DNA of 64,000 bases from Thermodesulfovibrionales bacterium (GCA_044450345.1 JBIOIY010000005.1:30779-94778); one strand, 5' to 3'. Positions 9,078 through 19,370 are shown, counted from the stretch's first letter. Numbers and translations: made by a program. The notes: generated by a model not told the origin, from the sequence alone.

Positions 9078-12000
9078 ATGTCTAAAAAGAAATTCACAAA
9101 ATCGACACTCATCCTTTTTAAGCTGTTATTAGCTCTTACATTCTTATTATTTTGCGCGACATACGGCTATGCCGCCGGTCCTGCGGGCTACTCGGAATAC
9201 TATATTCCGGGTGACGAAGACGATATGGGCCTCGTCCTCTGCTCCTATGGGGCGACTGCTTGCCCCGCAGGCTACCACATGCACACCGTGATCAGCGTGA
9301 CCGCCTGGTCGGACAACACGACAATCTATTACGACCAATGGGAAAACGGCTATAACTTTGATCCGAACAACCCCGGTGCTACTGCCGATGAGACATACAC
9401 GCTCAACGCTGGTCAGGTCATGGTTTTCGAGAGCGCAAACATAGCCTTACCCCGCACTGCTACCCCCCCGGCAACAACTTGCACCAACTACCGCAACGGG
9501 ACACTTATCGGCACCTCTACGACTTGCTACGACGGAAAAGACAGGATCTACGTGGCGGGAGGAACTGTAACAGTCACGCGCGTAAGCTACATTGAGGAGA
9601 GGGGTGTGGGTCTCCAGGGGGCGGCGTGGGAGATCTACCCTCTCCAGCCACAGTTGACGACCTATGCCGTCCCTTTTGGGGAAACCAACGGTTGGTACGG
9701 CTTCCAGCGAGTGAGCACACTCATCCAGGCCACGCAAAATAATACTGTTGTTACCGTGGACCTCAACCACGACGGCACCCCGGACCCATTATATACCCAG
9801 GCTGGCGTCCTCATTGGTCCCAGCGTCACGCTGCAACAAGGACAGACCTTTCTGTTGAACGACGTGAGCGCTAACGTTGCCGCGGGGACCATGGCCGGCG
9901 GAGCGATAATCACGGGGTCCAGTACGCTTCAGGTCAAATACCTCGCCGGGCGTACGGACGTTAACAATTGCACGCGCGGGTTCAGCGCCTTTCCGCGCGG
10001 ATTCTGGACAAAGGACTATTATGCGCCGCTAAGCCAGCCCGGCGTAGATCTCACCGGGCAGGCGAGCGACACCGACTACTACCTGTATAACCCAAACTCT
10101 GCTGCCATCACGGTTAACTGGCAAGGCACCGCCACTTCGGGGTCATTCCCTATCCCTGCCACCTCCACCGTCTCTTTCCGGACGGCTTCGGGCGGCGCGG
10201 TACCGACCGGCTCGGGGCTTTATTTCAATGGAAGCGATATCTTCTGGGGGGTCGGTTCAAACGATACCGATAACATCGGCGGCGCGAGCGGATACGCCCA
10301 CGAGTGGGGATTCAGCCTGCTGCCGTCTACTATGCTCTTCACAGAGCACTATCTCGGCTGGGCCCCTGACGGCCTTCCCCTTGCTGCCGGGCAAACCGAG
10401 ATGGGCGTCTTTCTCACACCCGCCCAGGACAACACGCGCGTCTTCGTGGACTTCAACAACGACGGCATTATCGATCAGACGTATACGCTGAACCGGTTGC
10501 AGACCCAGTACATCACAAATCCCAACGGCGACTTGTCGGGGGCGCACTTCTGGGCGAGCGGCCCCTTCACCATGGCCTACGGCCAGAACTCCGCCACATC
10601 GAACCTCAGTTCCCCCGCGCTGGACCTCGGCTACATCGCCATCCCCGGAAGCGACTTTGTCTCCCTTGTACTCACGGTTGCCAAGTCCGTCAGCCCACAA
10701 GTCGTGCCCACTGCGTCAGGTTCAGTTGCGACATTCACGATCAAGGTTGACTCCCAAAAATACACGGTTGATGGGGTGAACGTCACCGACTATTTGCCGC
10801 CGAACTGGAACTACGTTGTCGGCACAGACACCACAACCATAACTAGACCTGACCTGACCACGGTCACCGGCTCTTCAGCAGACCCTACGAAAACCGGCGC
10901 CGGACCTTACACCCTCACCTGGAGCAGCGCCCAGCTCGGCACGAACGGAACTCCCGGTATGGCCACAAACCAGGAGGTCACTATCACCTTCACCTCACGG
11001 ACAACGGCTGTACTTGCCGTCGGAACTTTGAGCCAAAACAAGGTAAAGGCCGTCGGTACAAGGACGTTCGGCACGCCGAGTCAGACACAAACCTTCACGG
11101 CATCAGACTTCGTCTACGTTACCTCCGGTGCAGTCACCATCACTAAAACATCGAGTGTTCCTGCTGCTACCCCTGTTTCTCCCGGCGACAGCTTCACGTA
11201 CTCCGTGGTGGTTGCCAACCCGTCTGCTAGCGGAGTCACTTTGACTAACCTCTCGCTGTACGATGCTCTGCCCACCGGCGTGACCAATGTCGCTGGGACG
11301 ACCACCATCAGCCGCGCATCAACTGTCGCAGATACTTTCACGACCCAGGCATACAGCAACAACGACGGCACCCAACCCTGGGCAGGCAACTGGACCGAGA
11401 CGGACATTAGCGGAACAAACCCCGGCCCCGCCGGGCCGACTACGGGGTTTGTGCAGGTCGCAGGCAATGCGCTGAGATTCGGATATCAGGCTTCAAACGT
11501 GGCCGACAACTTCAACACGGGCAGCGTCTTCACTCAGAATGACGGCAACACCAACTGGTCCGGAAACTGGACGGAAACCGGCGATAACAATAACCCCGCC
11601 ACAGGAACCATCCAGTTCAATGTGGCTGCGGCCGGGAAGGTCGATTTTACGAGATGTGGTGCGGCCGGCTGCAACATCCAGAGGTCAGCTCCGTTCTCGG
11701 GAGGCAATGTCACCATAAGCTTTGTGCTTACCCAGAATGGTCTTGCAGTCAACGAGTTTCTGGAGGGTGACTACAGCCTCAATGGCGGCACAACCTGGGT
11801 CGGTATGCAGAGGATTACAACGGGCAACGCACTTTCAACACCGCCGGGCGGCTGCGGCAATCCATGCACGATCTCCACTGCTGGCGCCACTTCGCTTACA
11901 GTTCGTTTCCAGGAGACTACTCGGTGGGCCACCAACACCCACCATGCGCAGGTCGATAATGTCAACATCGCCTTTAATGATTCCATCGGATCTGCCGCTC

Positions 12001-15000
12001 AGCGGACCGCGAACCTTACCGGCGCTACCAGCGCAACGCTCAACTTCACTTACGCTTCCGCGAACCTCGCGGGGACCGATACTGTGGTAGTCCAAGCGAG
12101 CAATGCCGCAGCCGGGCCCTTCACCACACTGGCGACGTTTACTGCGGGAACTCCTAATGTTGCGCCCCCATACAATCTGACTACTTATATCTCGGCCAAC
12201 ACCACTATTCGATTCCTTGTTACGGGCGGAATCAACGCTCCGACCAAGACCTTCTCCGTCGATAACGTCACATTGGCCTATAACACATCCCTGGCAGGCG
12301 CTAATCCGCCTGAACTGGTCTCTTCCAGTTCCGCCTACAATCTTACTCCCGGCGAAACACTTACAGCATCTTTCGACGTTACAGTGGACAATCCCCTGGC
12401 AGCAGGGATCGACACCATAACCAACACCGCCTCGACAACATCAACCCAGTTCCCGATACAACTCAGCGCGAGCGTCACTAATCTTGTCGTCAACCCTTCT
12501 TCCGGGAGCGCCAGTGTGGGAAATAGGGTCTGGCTGGACTCAGACGGCGACGGCGTACCGGAAGTGGGAGAGCCCGGTCTGGCCAATGTGGAGGTGATGC
12601 TGAAGGACCAGTTCGGCACGCCGGTTATGGTGACTACCACTGACGCCACAGGGCATTACCAGTTCACTGGCGTGAAAGCCGGAAGCGGGTATTATGTCGA
12701 GGCAACCTCAAGTACCATTCCGTCCGGGTTGACCCAATCCGCCGCAACCGGTAGTAACAACCGCACGAGTGCCTTCAATCTGACCGCGGGTCAGTCTTAT
12801 ACGAGTGCGAACTTGGGGTATAAACCTGTTACTGGGACTGCCACCATCGGCAATTTTGTATGGTCCGATGCAAACGCCGACAACATACGTAATCCCGGTG
12901 AGCCCGGCATAGCCGGAGTTACCGTCAGACTTTACATAGACACTAACCGCAACGGCACCTACGAGGCCGGGACCGATACCCTTTGTACTATCGCCACTTG
13001 CGGTACAAACGGCACTACCACAACCGCTCCGGACGGAAGCTATTTGTTTACCGGCGTGACCGCCAGCGGAACTCAGGATTACATCGTTTATATCGACGAG
13101 ACAGCCCTATTGGCAGCGGGATATGTGCGGACGTCTCCTCCCAGCGGCGGCCCCCTGTTCTCTATCATGAATGTCAGCGCCGGGGCCTCCATCCTCTATG
13201 CGAACTTCGGCTATCAGGGGACGACATACTCGATCGCAGAACGCGTCTGGTTTGATGTCAATGGTAGCGGCACTCCGGACGCAGGCGAATCAGGGATTGG
13301 CCTGGTGACGGTTGAACTGCTTGATGCCAGCCTCAACGCGATCGCAACTACAACGACTGACGCCAATGGGTATTTTACTTTCTCCGGAGTGAAGGGGGGC
13401 GGGGCCAACTACACAGTCAAGATCACCGACACGAACGCTGTACTGGCCAATTATTTCGGCACAACTGTCGCAGCTACGGCCGGCAGTGAAAAAATCAATA
13501 ACCTCAGCGGCAATATCGACTATACCTCGACGCCTCATTTTGGGTTTAATCTAAGCAGGAGCATCAGCGGCACCGTGTTCAACGACAATGGGGCCGGCGG
13601 CGGTACCCTTGGCGACGGCATCAAAAACGGCAGCGAGCCTGGAATCTCCGGGGTGGTCGTAAAATTATACAACGACGCAAACGGTAATGGGCAGATCAAT
13701 GCACCTAGCGATGCCGTGATCGCCACCGTAACGACCGATGCCAACGGCAACTATATTTTCTCCGGTCTGAGCAACGGCAATTACATCGTCAGTATCGAAT
13801 CACCTCCTGCCGGGTACACGTACGCCGGGACCGATAGCGATGCAGGCACCACGGGGCAGCAGAGAGCAGCAAGTATTGTCAGTAACGGCAACGCGCCGAA
13901 CATAAACTTCGGGTATCATGCTTCTACGCCCCGCAGTGTATCAGGCACGCTGTGGGAAGACACCAATAAGAACGGTGTTATGGATAGCGGTGAGGCCGAC
14001 ATATCTGGAGTGACGATCGATTTGCTCAATGCAAGTCTCGCCGTTGTTGCCACCGCAACCACGGACGCCCACGGCTTTTACAGCTTCACCGGCATAGCAA
14101 GCGGCACTCCTTATTATGTCAAGATTACCGACAACAACGGTGTTTTGAGCGGATACACTCCAACCTACCAAATTACCGGGGGCACCGCAGGTCCTTTCAC
14201 AGGGCAGGAAACCGTTAATCTGAGCAGCGGGGACAAAAACGGCGTCAATTTCGGCTACTATAATCCCATCCCCACTCTGGCTGTCATCTCTTATTTCGGT
14301 GCCTATGAAAAAGACGGCAAGGTTATAGTACAGTGGGAGACGGCCTCTGAGATAAATACACTGGGATTTAATCTTCTCAGGCTCGATCCTCTCACGGGAG
14401 AATACAAGCAAGTCAATTCGGGTCTCCTCCCCTCTATGCTCAAGCCCCACCGGGGGGGGAAATATACCTTCAAAGACACCGGGTCCCTGCCAGGAAAAAC
14501 CTATACATACAAGCTAATCGAGATTGAAGTGGATGGGAATGAGCGGTCCTATGGCCCATTCGCAGTCTTCCCCGCAAGGATAACGGATGACAAAGGTCTT
14601 GACCTCTCCACCAATGCAGATTACGGACGGACTGAGCGTGACAAGCCTGAAATGCATAAGGTCCGCACAGACGGTAGAAAGTCCGGGCAGCCGGGCAATG
14701 TCAAGACTGGAAGCGGAGAACGAATAAAAATATCTGTTATGGACAGCGGGATTTATTACGTGGATGCGAAGGACATCTCCTCTTTACTCGGGATATCTGC
14801 GGACAAGATCCCTTCCATGATAGGTCACGGCCAGTTGTCTCTGAGTAATCAGGGCAAGCAGGTCGCCTATCTGCCTGCAGCAAATAACGCCGGCCTTTAC
14901 TTTTACGGGACAGGGATAGACAGCATCTACACAAAAGAGAACGTCTACTGGCTCGACAAGGGCGCAGGGACACTCATGCCCGTGGTTGAGGGCACAGGCC

Positions 15001-16796
15001 CAGCGCCGTCGCCGGAGGGAGGCAGCTTCACCGAGACAGTGCATCTTGAGGAAGATGTGATTCCGTGGGAAACACTTTTCAACGACCCCAATGTCGATTA
15101 CTGGTTCTGGAACCAGATATTTGCGAGCAATTTTTACACCGATCCCGCGAGGAGTTTCACGTTCCAGCCGCTTGGGCCGGCTCCCCAGACCACGGCCGTG
15201 ATGCAGGTTCATCTTTTCGGCGGATCAGATGCGGGAGTAACGAATGACCACCATGTTGTGGTGAGTCTCAACGGTCTGTCGGTAGAGGACTGGTGGAGCG
15301 GTTTGACCCCCCATACCATTACCGGAAGGTTTCCTTTGCAGCCGGGCGAAAACATCATTACGGTAGCGGCTGAGGCCGACGAAGGGGTTTCGTCGAGTTT
15401 TATTTTAATTGATTCATTCGATATTACTTATAAGCGGCTTTACGATGCTGACGGCGACAAACTCTTCTTCAGAGGAGACGGAGCCCCGTCGGTGACCATC
15501 GGAGGATTTGCGTCAGCCGGCATCAAGGTCTTTGACCTCACGAATCCCATCATACCGAAATTAAATGCGGCCACCACGATCGAATCTTCCTCAGCATCAG
15601 GGACGGCCAGCTATACCGTCAGCCTGAAACCCGCTTCTGCAAATACCCCTTATATTGCCGTAGCTTCCGCAGGGATAAAAGCGGCGTCTGCCAAGGCGGC
15701 GTCTTTTTCCAAACTTTCTGCGAAGCAAAATTCGGCCGACTACATCGTCATCGCCCCTTCTGAATTGGTTTCCACCGCCCAGGGCCTTGCCGACTACCGG
15801 GCAGGACAGGGTATGAAGACGATGGTGGTGAATCTGGAAGATATCATGAACGAATTCAACTATGGGATATCAAGCCCGGAGGCTATTAAGTCATTCCTGT
15901 CTGTTGCCCATTCGAAATGGAAAAAGTCACCAAGATATGTAGTCCTGGTCGGAGACGGAAGCTTGGACTATAAAGATAATCTGGGATTCGGCGGGAACCT
16001 CATTCCATCGAAGTTGGTGCCTACCGACTTTGGTCTTGCCATGTCGGACAATTACCTTGCAGATATCAACGGAGACCATCTGCCGGAGATTGCCATTGGA
16101 AGACTGCCGGTAGCAAACCCTGCCGAGTTGCAAACCGTCATCGGCAAGATAAAGACCTATGAGCGCAACCTCGGAAACACCCGCGTGGTCCTCGTGGCTG
16201 ATACTCCCGGTGATGGAGGAGACTTTATCGCCGATAGCGAAACGCTTGCGGGCCTTTTCCCATACGGCTATGCTCTCACCAGGATCTACCTGGACGACCC
16301 GGCTATAGTCGACGCAAAAAGGGCGGCCCTCATAAGCGCCATAAACCAGGGGGCGGCTTTCTTTAATTATGTGGGGCATGCCGGGCCCGATCAACTTTCT
16401 AATTCAGGGTTGTTGTCTTATTATCCCTATCCTGAGTACAATCCGCCTACAAACGATTTGCCTTCGCTGACAAACGCAGCCATACTGCCGGTGATGACCG
16501 CCATGACATGCGGACTGGGTAATTTCTCCGACCCCTACGAAGACGTGCTGACGGAGGCGCTGCTGCTGAAGTCGGACGGTGGAGTTGCCGCCGCGTGGTC
16601 GCCGACAGGACTTTCTGATGATTCGCAGGCGGGGATTCTCAACCGTGAGTTTTATAAGGCAGTCTTTTCCGCCAAAAAAGCTGTACTCGGTGACGCGGTC
16701 CTTCAGGCGCTTTCGGTTTACAAGAAGCAGGGATCGATGCCGTTTATGATGGATACCTATTGCATACTGGGTGATCCTGCCCTTAGAATAAGGTAA
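9078..16796 (+). CDS. Giant secreted multidomain protein: DUF11 domains, five SdrD-B-like repeats, C-terminal C25 (gingipain/PorU-like) cysteine peptidase
   Basis: ATG 9078 follows GGAGG (track ORF starts 9051). Signal peptide; DUF11 motifs (LTVAKSVSP..., PGDSFTYSVVVAN); repeats G.RVW.D.DGDG..GEPG; WETASEINTLGFNLLR; C25 motifs ADYIVIAP, YVVLVGDG, EIAIGRLP, YVGHAG, TAMTCG, ILGDPAL. Confidence 0.85.
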   Translation: MSKKKFTKSTLILFKLLLALTFLLFCATYGYAAGPAGYSEYYIPGDEDDMGLVLCSYGATACPAGYHMHTVISVTAWSDNTTIYYDQWENGYNFDPNNPGATADETYTLNAGQVMVFESANIALPRTATPPATTCTNYRNGTLIGTSTTCYDGKDRIYVAGGTVTVTRVSYIEERGVGLQGAAWEIYPLQPQLTTYAVPFGETNGWYGFQRVSTLIQATQNNTVVTVDLNHDGTPDPLYTQAGVLIGPSVTLQQGQTFLLNDVSANVAAGTMAGGAIITGSSTLQVKYLAGRTDVNNCTRGFSAFPRGFWTKDYYAPLSQPGVDLTGQASDTDYYLYNPNSAAITVNWQGTATSGSFPIPATSTVSFRTASGGAVPTGSGLYFNGSDIFWGVGSNDTDNIGGASGYAHEWGFSLLPSTMLFTEHYLGWAPDGLPLAAGQTEMGVFLTPAQDNTRVFVDFNNDGIIDQTYTLNRLQTQYITNPNGDLSGAHFWASGPFTMAYGQNSATSNLSSPALDLGYIAIPGSDFVSLVLTVAKSVSPQVVPTASGSVATFTIKVDSQKYTVDGVNVTDYLPPNWNYVVGTDTTTITRPDLTTVTGSSADPTKTGAGPYTLTWSSAQLGTNGTPGMATNQEVTITFTSRTTAVLAVGTLSQNKVKAVGTRTFGTPSQTQTFTASDFVYVTSGAVTITKTSSVPAATPVSPGDSFTYSVVVANPSASGVTLTNLSLYDALPTGVTNVAGTTTISRASTVADTFTTQAYSNNDGTQPWAGNWTETDISGTNPGPAGPTTGFVQVAGNALRFGYQASNVADNFNTGSVFTQNDGNTNWSGNWTETGDNNNPATGTIQFNVAAAGKVDFTRCGAAGCNIQRSAPFSGGNVTISFVLTQNGLAVNEFLEGDYSLNGGTTWVGMQRITTGNALSTPPGGCGNPCTISTAGATSLTVRFQETTRWATNTHHAQVDNVNIAFNDSIGSAAQRTANLTGATSATLNFTYASANLAGTDTVVVQASNAAAGPFTTLATFTAGTPNVAPPYNLTTYISANTTIRFLVTGGINAPTKTFSVDNVTLAYNTSLAGANPPELVSSSSAYNLTPGETLTASFDVTVDNPLAAGIDTITNTASTTSTQFPIQLSASVTNLVVNPSSGSASVGNRVWLDSDGDGVPEVGEPGLANVEVMLKDQFGTPVMVTTTDATGHYQFTGVKAGSGYYVEATSSTIPSGLTQSAATGSNNRTSAFNLTAGQSYTSANLGYKPVTGTATIGNFVWSDANADNIRNPGEPGIAGVTVRLYIDTNRNGTYEAGTDTLCTIATCGTNGTTTTAPDGSYLFTGVTASGTQDYIVYIDETALLAAGYVRTSPPSGGPLFSIMNVSAGASILYANFGYQGTTYSIAERVWFDVNGSGTPDAGESGIGLVTVELLDASLNAIATTTTDANGYFTFSGVKGGGANYTVKITDTNAVLANYFGTTVAATAGSEKINNLSGNIDYTSTPHFGFNLSRSISGTVFNDNGAGGGTLGDGIKNGSEPGISGVVVKLYNDANGNGQINAPSDAVIATVTTDANGNYIFSGLSNGNYIVSIESPPAGYTYAGTDSDAGTTGQQRAASIVSNGNAPNINFGYHASTPRSVSGTLWEDTNKNGVMDSGEADISGVTIDLLNASLAVVATATTDAHGFYSFTGIASGTPYYVKITDNNGVLSGYTPTYQITGGTAGPFTGQETVNLSSGDKNGVNFGYYNPIPTLAVISYFGAYEKDGKVIVQWETASEINTLGFNLLRLDPLTGEYKQVNSGLLPSMLKPHRGGKYTFKDTGSLPGKTYTYKLIEIEVDGNERSYGPFAVFPARITDDKGLDLSTNADYGRTERDKPEMHKVRTDGRKSGQPGNVKTGSGERIKISVMDSGIYYVDAKDISSLLGISADKIPSMIGHGQLSLSNQGKQVAYLPAANNAGLYFYGTGIDSIYTKENVYWLDKGAGTLMPVVEGTGPAPSPEGGSFTETVHLEEDVIPWETLFNDPNVDYWFWNQIFASNFYTDPARSFTFQPLGPAPQTTAVMQVHLFGGSDAGVTNDHHVVVSLNGLSVEDWWSGLTPHTITGRFPLQPGENIITVAAEADEGVSSSFILIDSFDITYKRLYDADGDKLFFRGDGAPSVTIGGFASAGIKVFDLTNPIIPKLNAATTIESSSASGTASYTVSLKPASANTPYIAVASAGIKAASAKAASFSKLSAKQNSADYIVIAPSELVSTAQGLADYRAGQGMKTMVVNLEDIMNEFNYGISSPEAIKSFLSVAHSKWKKSPRYVVLVGDGSLDYKDNLGFGGNLIPSKLVPTDFGLAMSDNYLADINGDHLPEIAIGRLPVANPAELQTVIGKIKTYERNLGNTRVVLVADTPGDGGDFIADSETLAGLFPYGYALTRIYLDDPAIVDAKRAALISAINQGAAFFNYVGHAGPDQLSNSGLLSYYPYPEYNPPTNDLPSLTNAAILPVMTAMTCGLGNFSDPYEDVLTEALLLKSDGGVAAAWSPTGLSDDSQAGILNREFYKAVFSAKKAVLGDAVLQALSVYKKQGSMPFMMDTYCILGDPALRIR
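12513..14262 (+). repeat. Five tandem SdrD-B-like (~110-130 aa) repeats within the giant protein
   Basis: Repeat starts SVGNRVWLDSDGDG, TIGNFVWSDANADN, SIAERVWFDVNGSG, SISGTVFNDN and SVSGTLWEDTNKNG. Each has a T-T-D/A-x-x-G-x-Y/F core and ends NFGY-like. Boundaries approximate. Confidence 0.8.
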
Positions 16797-16805
16797 AATA
16801 CAAAT

Positions 16806-17123
16806 ATGTCTAGTGGTACAGCAGAGGACAATATCTGGATAAAGGTATTCGAGAGGCCGAAGAACATCGTCTCCCGCAGTATCGCAGGAGAGCTTTTTCT
16901 CGTCCCGGTTGCGGGAAAACTTGCCGATATGCAGAGGATGTTCGCTCTTACTGCGGTCGCTGAGTTCATTTGGGAGAGGCTGGACGGCCGAAGGAGCCTG
17001 GATGATATCCGCAACGATGTTCTGGAATATTTTGACGCCGAGGAAGAACAGGTCGAAGCTGATATCAAGGCTTTTGTGACCGAACTTATGGCAGAGGGCC
17101 TTCTCATTGAGGTAACTGGCTGA
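16806..17123 (+). CDS. PqqD-family RiPP recognition element (RRE)
   Basis: VSRSIAGELFLVP...ALTAVAEFIWERLDGRRSLDDI...YFDAEEEQVEADIKAFVTELMAEGLL; starts 9 nt after the giant ORF. Confidence 0.9.
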   Translation: MSSGTAEDNIWIKVFERPKNIVSRSIAGELFLVPVAGKLADMQRMFALTAVAEFIWERLDGRRSLDDIRNDVLEYFDAEEEQVEADIKAFVTELMAEGLLIEVTG

Positions 17124-17125
17124 CC

Positions 17126-18247
17126 ATGCAATGTCACGATACAAAATGGCCGGACACAGGAGAATATCTGGAGGAGTTTATTGCGAAGGCCGAACAGCTT
17201 CATATCCCCCTTGCCGGAAGCCTGGAACTGACCCACCGATGCAATCTCAACTGCGTCCACTGTTATCTTGGACAGCAGGCCAAAAGGCAGGTACTTCGGG
17301 ACCGCGAGATGAGCGCAGCCAGGATACACACTTTAATCGACGAGATTACGGAGGCCGGTTGTCTGAATCTGCTGATCACAGGGGGGGAGCCCCTTCTGAG
17401 GGAAGATTTTCCTGAGATTTATCGCCATGCAAAGGGAAACGGGCTGTTGGTCACAGTCTTTACCAATGGGACGATTATCGGGGAGAAGACTATCGAGCTG
17501 TTCTGTGATCTCCCTCCTGTTGAAGTCGAGATAAGTGTATATGGCGCTACGGAGCATGTTTATGAGAGCATTACGAGCGTCCACGGATCATATAAGAAAT
17601 GCCTGCTGGGCATCAGAGGTCTTTTGGAAAACGGCGTCAGGGTGAACCTTAAGACAATCCTCATGACCATAAACCGTCATGAGTTTACAGACATGGAAAA
17701 TATGGCGAAGGAACTCGGCGTCAGGTTCCGTTTTGATGCTGCAATATCGCCGCGCATGGACGGTGACAATTCGCCGCTCGGCCTTCGCGTCCCGCCGGAG
17801 GAGGCCATAGAGAAAGAAATGTCCGGTGCCGGGAAGGTGGAAAGCTGGAAAACTTTTTTTGAGAAATTCAAAGACCGCACACTTGGTTCCGGCCTCTACG
17901 GCTGCGGTGCAGGCCTCACCGCCTTTCATATAGACCCTTTCGGCCACATTCTTCCCTGTATGATGGCCCTTGATATGAGATACGACATCTCGGAGGCAGG
18001 ATTTAAGGAAGGATGGGACAATATTATGCACCGCATAAGGGATAAAAAGACTGCAGCCGACTTCGCCTGCAGGGGATGTGTTAAGATAAATCTCTGCGGT
18101 TACTGTCCGGGGTTTTTCAGACTGGAAAATGGTCTTGAAGACGTCCCTTCTGAATACATCTGCCGGATGGGCGGCCTTCGTTATGAATATATTCACGATC
18201 ATGCAATGAAAGGAGATCATGGTGGACAACCAGAAAAAGTCAGTTGA
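17126..18247 (+). CDS. Radical SAM protein with SPASM domain (peptide maturase type)
   Basis: ELTHRCNLNCVHCY (CxxxCxxC), TGGEPLL, TNG; SPASM Cys set CGAG...IDPFGHILPC...CRGC.....CGYCPG...C. Confidence 0.92.
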   Translation: MQCHDTKWPDTGEYLEEFIAKAEQLHIPLAGSLELTHRCNLNCVHCYLGQQAKRQVLRDREMSAARIHTLIDEITEAGCLNLLITGGEPLLREDFPEIYRHAKGNGLLVTVFTNGTIIGEKTIELFCDLPPVEVEISVYGATEHVYESITSVHGSYKKCLLGIRGLLENGVRVNLKTILMTINRHEFTDMENMAKELGVRFRFDAAISPRMDGDNSPLGLRVPPEEAIEKEMSGAGKVESWKTFFEKFKDRTLGSGLYGCGAGLTAFHIDPFGHILPCMMALDMRYDISEAGFKEGWDNIMHRIRDKKTAADFACRGCVKINLCGYCPGFFRLENGLEDVPSEYICRMGGLRYEYIHDHAMKGDHGGQPEKVS

Positions 18248-18398
18248 CAGGCTGCCGTATGCGAAACCAAGGTTGAGAATCATCACCCTTGTCGCTGAGG
18301 AAGTCCTCGCGATATCATGCAAGCAGGCCACTGGGGCGCCTGCAAAGAATGGACATGGGTGCGGATTTCCCAGTTGCCGTGCCGCAGGAGGCTCATAA
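18219..18398 (+). CDS. Putative RiPP precursor peptide, 59 aa (not in ORF track): MVDNQKKSVDRLPYAKPRLRIITLVAEEVLAISCKQATGAPAKNGHGCGFPSCRAAGGS
   Basis: Translated by hand. AAGGAG at 18210-18215, ATG 18219, TAA 18396-18398. YxxPxL leader motif (YAKPRL), Gly/Ala-rich core with 3 Cys. Overlaps the end of the rSAM gene. Confidence 0.85.
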   Translation: MVDNQKKSVDRLPYAKPRLRIITLVAEEVLAISCKQATGAPAKNGHGCGFPSCRAAGGS

Positions 18399-18431
18399 TC
18401 ATGAGATGGATATGAGCCGTTACGGAACTGG

Positions 18432-19355
18432 TTGTTTTTGAATATCGTTATCGCTGATATTCATTTCCGCATACGCTCCGGAGATATGCCCCTTCTGAAT
18501 GACCCCTCGCGAAGAACCTATGGGCCGTTCATCGCAGACAGAGTCTCTTCCGGCGAAGGGGCCGCAAGCATTGATATCACCATTGAGGCAAGAGACTTCC
18601 CCAACACCGGGCAATTAATAAAGATATTTGAAACTCCGGATTCCTGGTCTATGTTCAGGGACGGAGACCAGTATTTCTGGATGGATATCTCTGCATCGTT
18701 GGGAGGGAAGCCGGATTATGTTGCCAGTTTCCATCGGCGGCCTGAAAAGGTGACGGTCTATTGCGGGGAATCTTTTGTAACGGAAAGAGACGGCAAAAAA
18801 ATGCTCATGAACCCCATCGCCTATCCCCTGGACCAACTCTTACTTATGTATGCACTGGCGGAAAGGGAAGGTGCCTGCATGCATGCAGCCGCCCTTGATT
18901 TGGACGGTAAGGGATATCTCTTTCCCGGCAGATCGGGCGCCGGCAAGAGCACGATTGCGCGAAGCTTCACAGCCAGAAACCGTGCCTTATTGAGTGACGA
19001 CAGGGTGGTCGTCAGGAAGATAGGCGACAAATTCAGGTGCTTTGGGACACCATGGGCCGGCGATGCCGGGATTGCCGAAAACAGGAGTCTGCCTCTCAAC
19101 GGAATCTTTTTCATCCATCATGGGAATGAAAACAGGATTGAAACAATAACACCGAGAGAGGCATTTGAGAGACTCATGCCTGTGACTTCCATCCCCTGGT
19201 ACGATGATAAAGTCATGCCTGCCGTACTCTCTTTCTGTGAAGATCTGGCCCTGCATGTGCCCGCCTATGTCCTGCACTTCACGCCGGACCGCAGGGCCGC
19301 GGACTTGATTGAAGGGTTCGTTTCGGATAAGGAAATACATGGCGCTATTCCGTAA
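18432..19355 (+). CDS. HPr-kinase-like P-loop protein (RiPP-associated kinase type)
   Basis: MHAAAL..G.GYLFPGRSGAGKST (His + Walker A), LLSDDRVVVR, GTPWAG. Confidence 0.8.
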   Translation: MFLNIVIADIHFRIRSGDMPLLNDPSRRTYGPFIADRVSSGEGAASIDITIEARDFPNTGQLIKIFETPDSWSMFRDGDQYFWMDISASLGGKPDYVASFHRRPEKVTVYCGESFVTERDGKKMLMNPIAYPLDQLLLMYALAEREGACMHAAALDLDGKGYLFPGRSGAGKSTIARSFTARNRALLSDDRVVVRKIGDKFRCFGTPWAGDAGIAENRSLPLNGIFFIHHGNENRIETITPREAFERLMPVTSIPWYDDKVMPAVLSFCEDLALHVPAYVLHFTPDRRAADLIEGFVSDKEIHGAIP

Positions 19356-19370
19356 AGGATTACCTTAGGC

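Noticed and set aside
16806..18247. PQQ biosynthesis or lasso peptide cluster
   Set aside because: No pqqB/C and no ExxxY precursor; no asparagine-synthetase-like cyclase or transglutaminase-like B2 protease.
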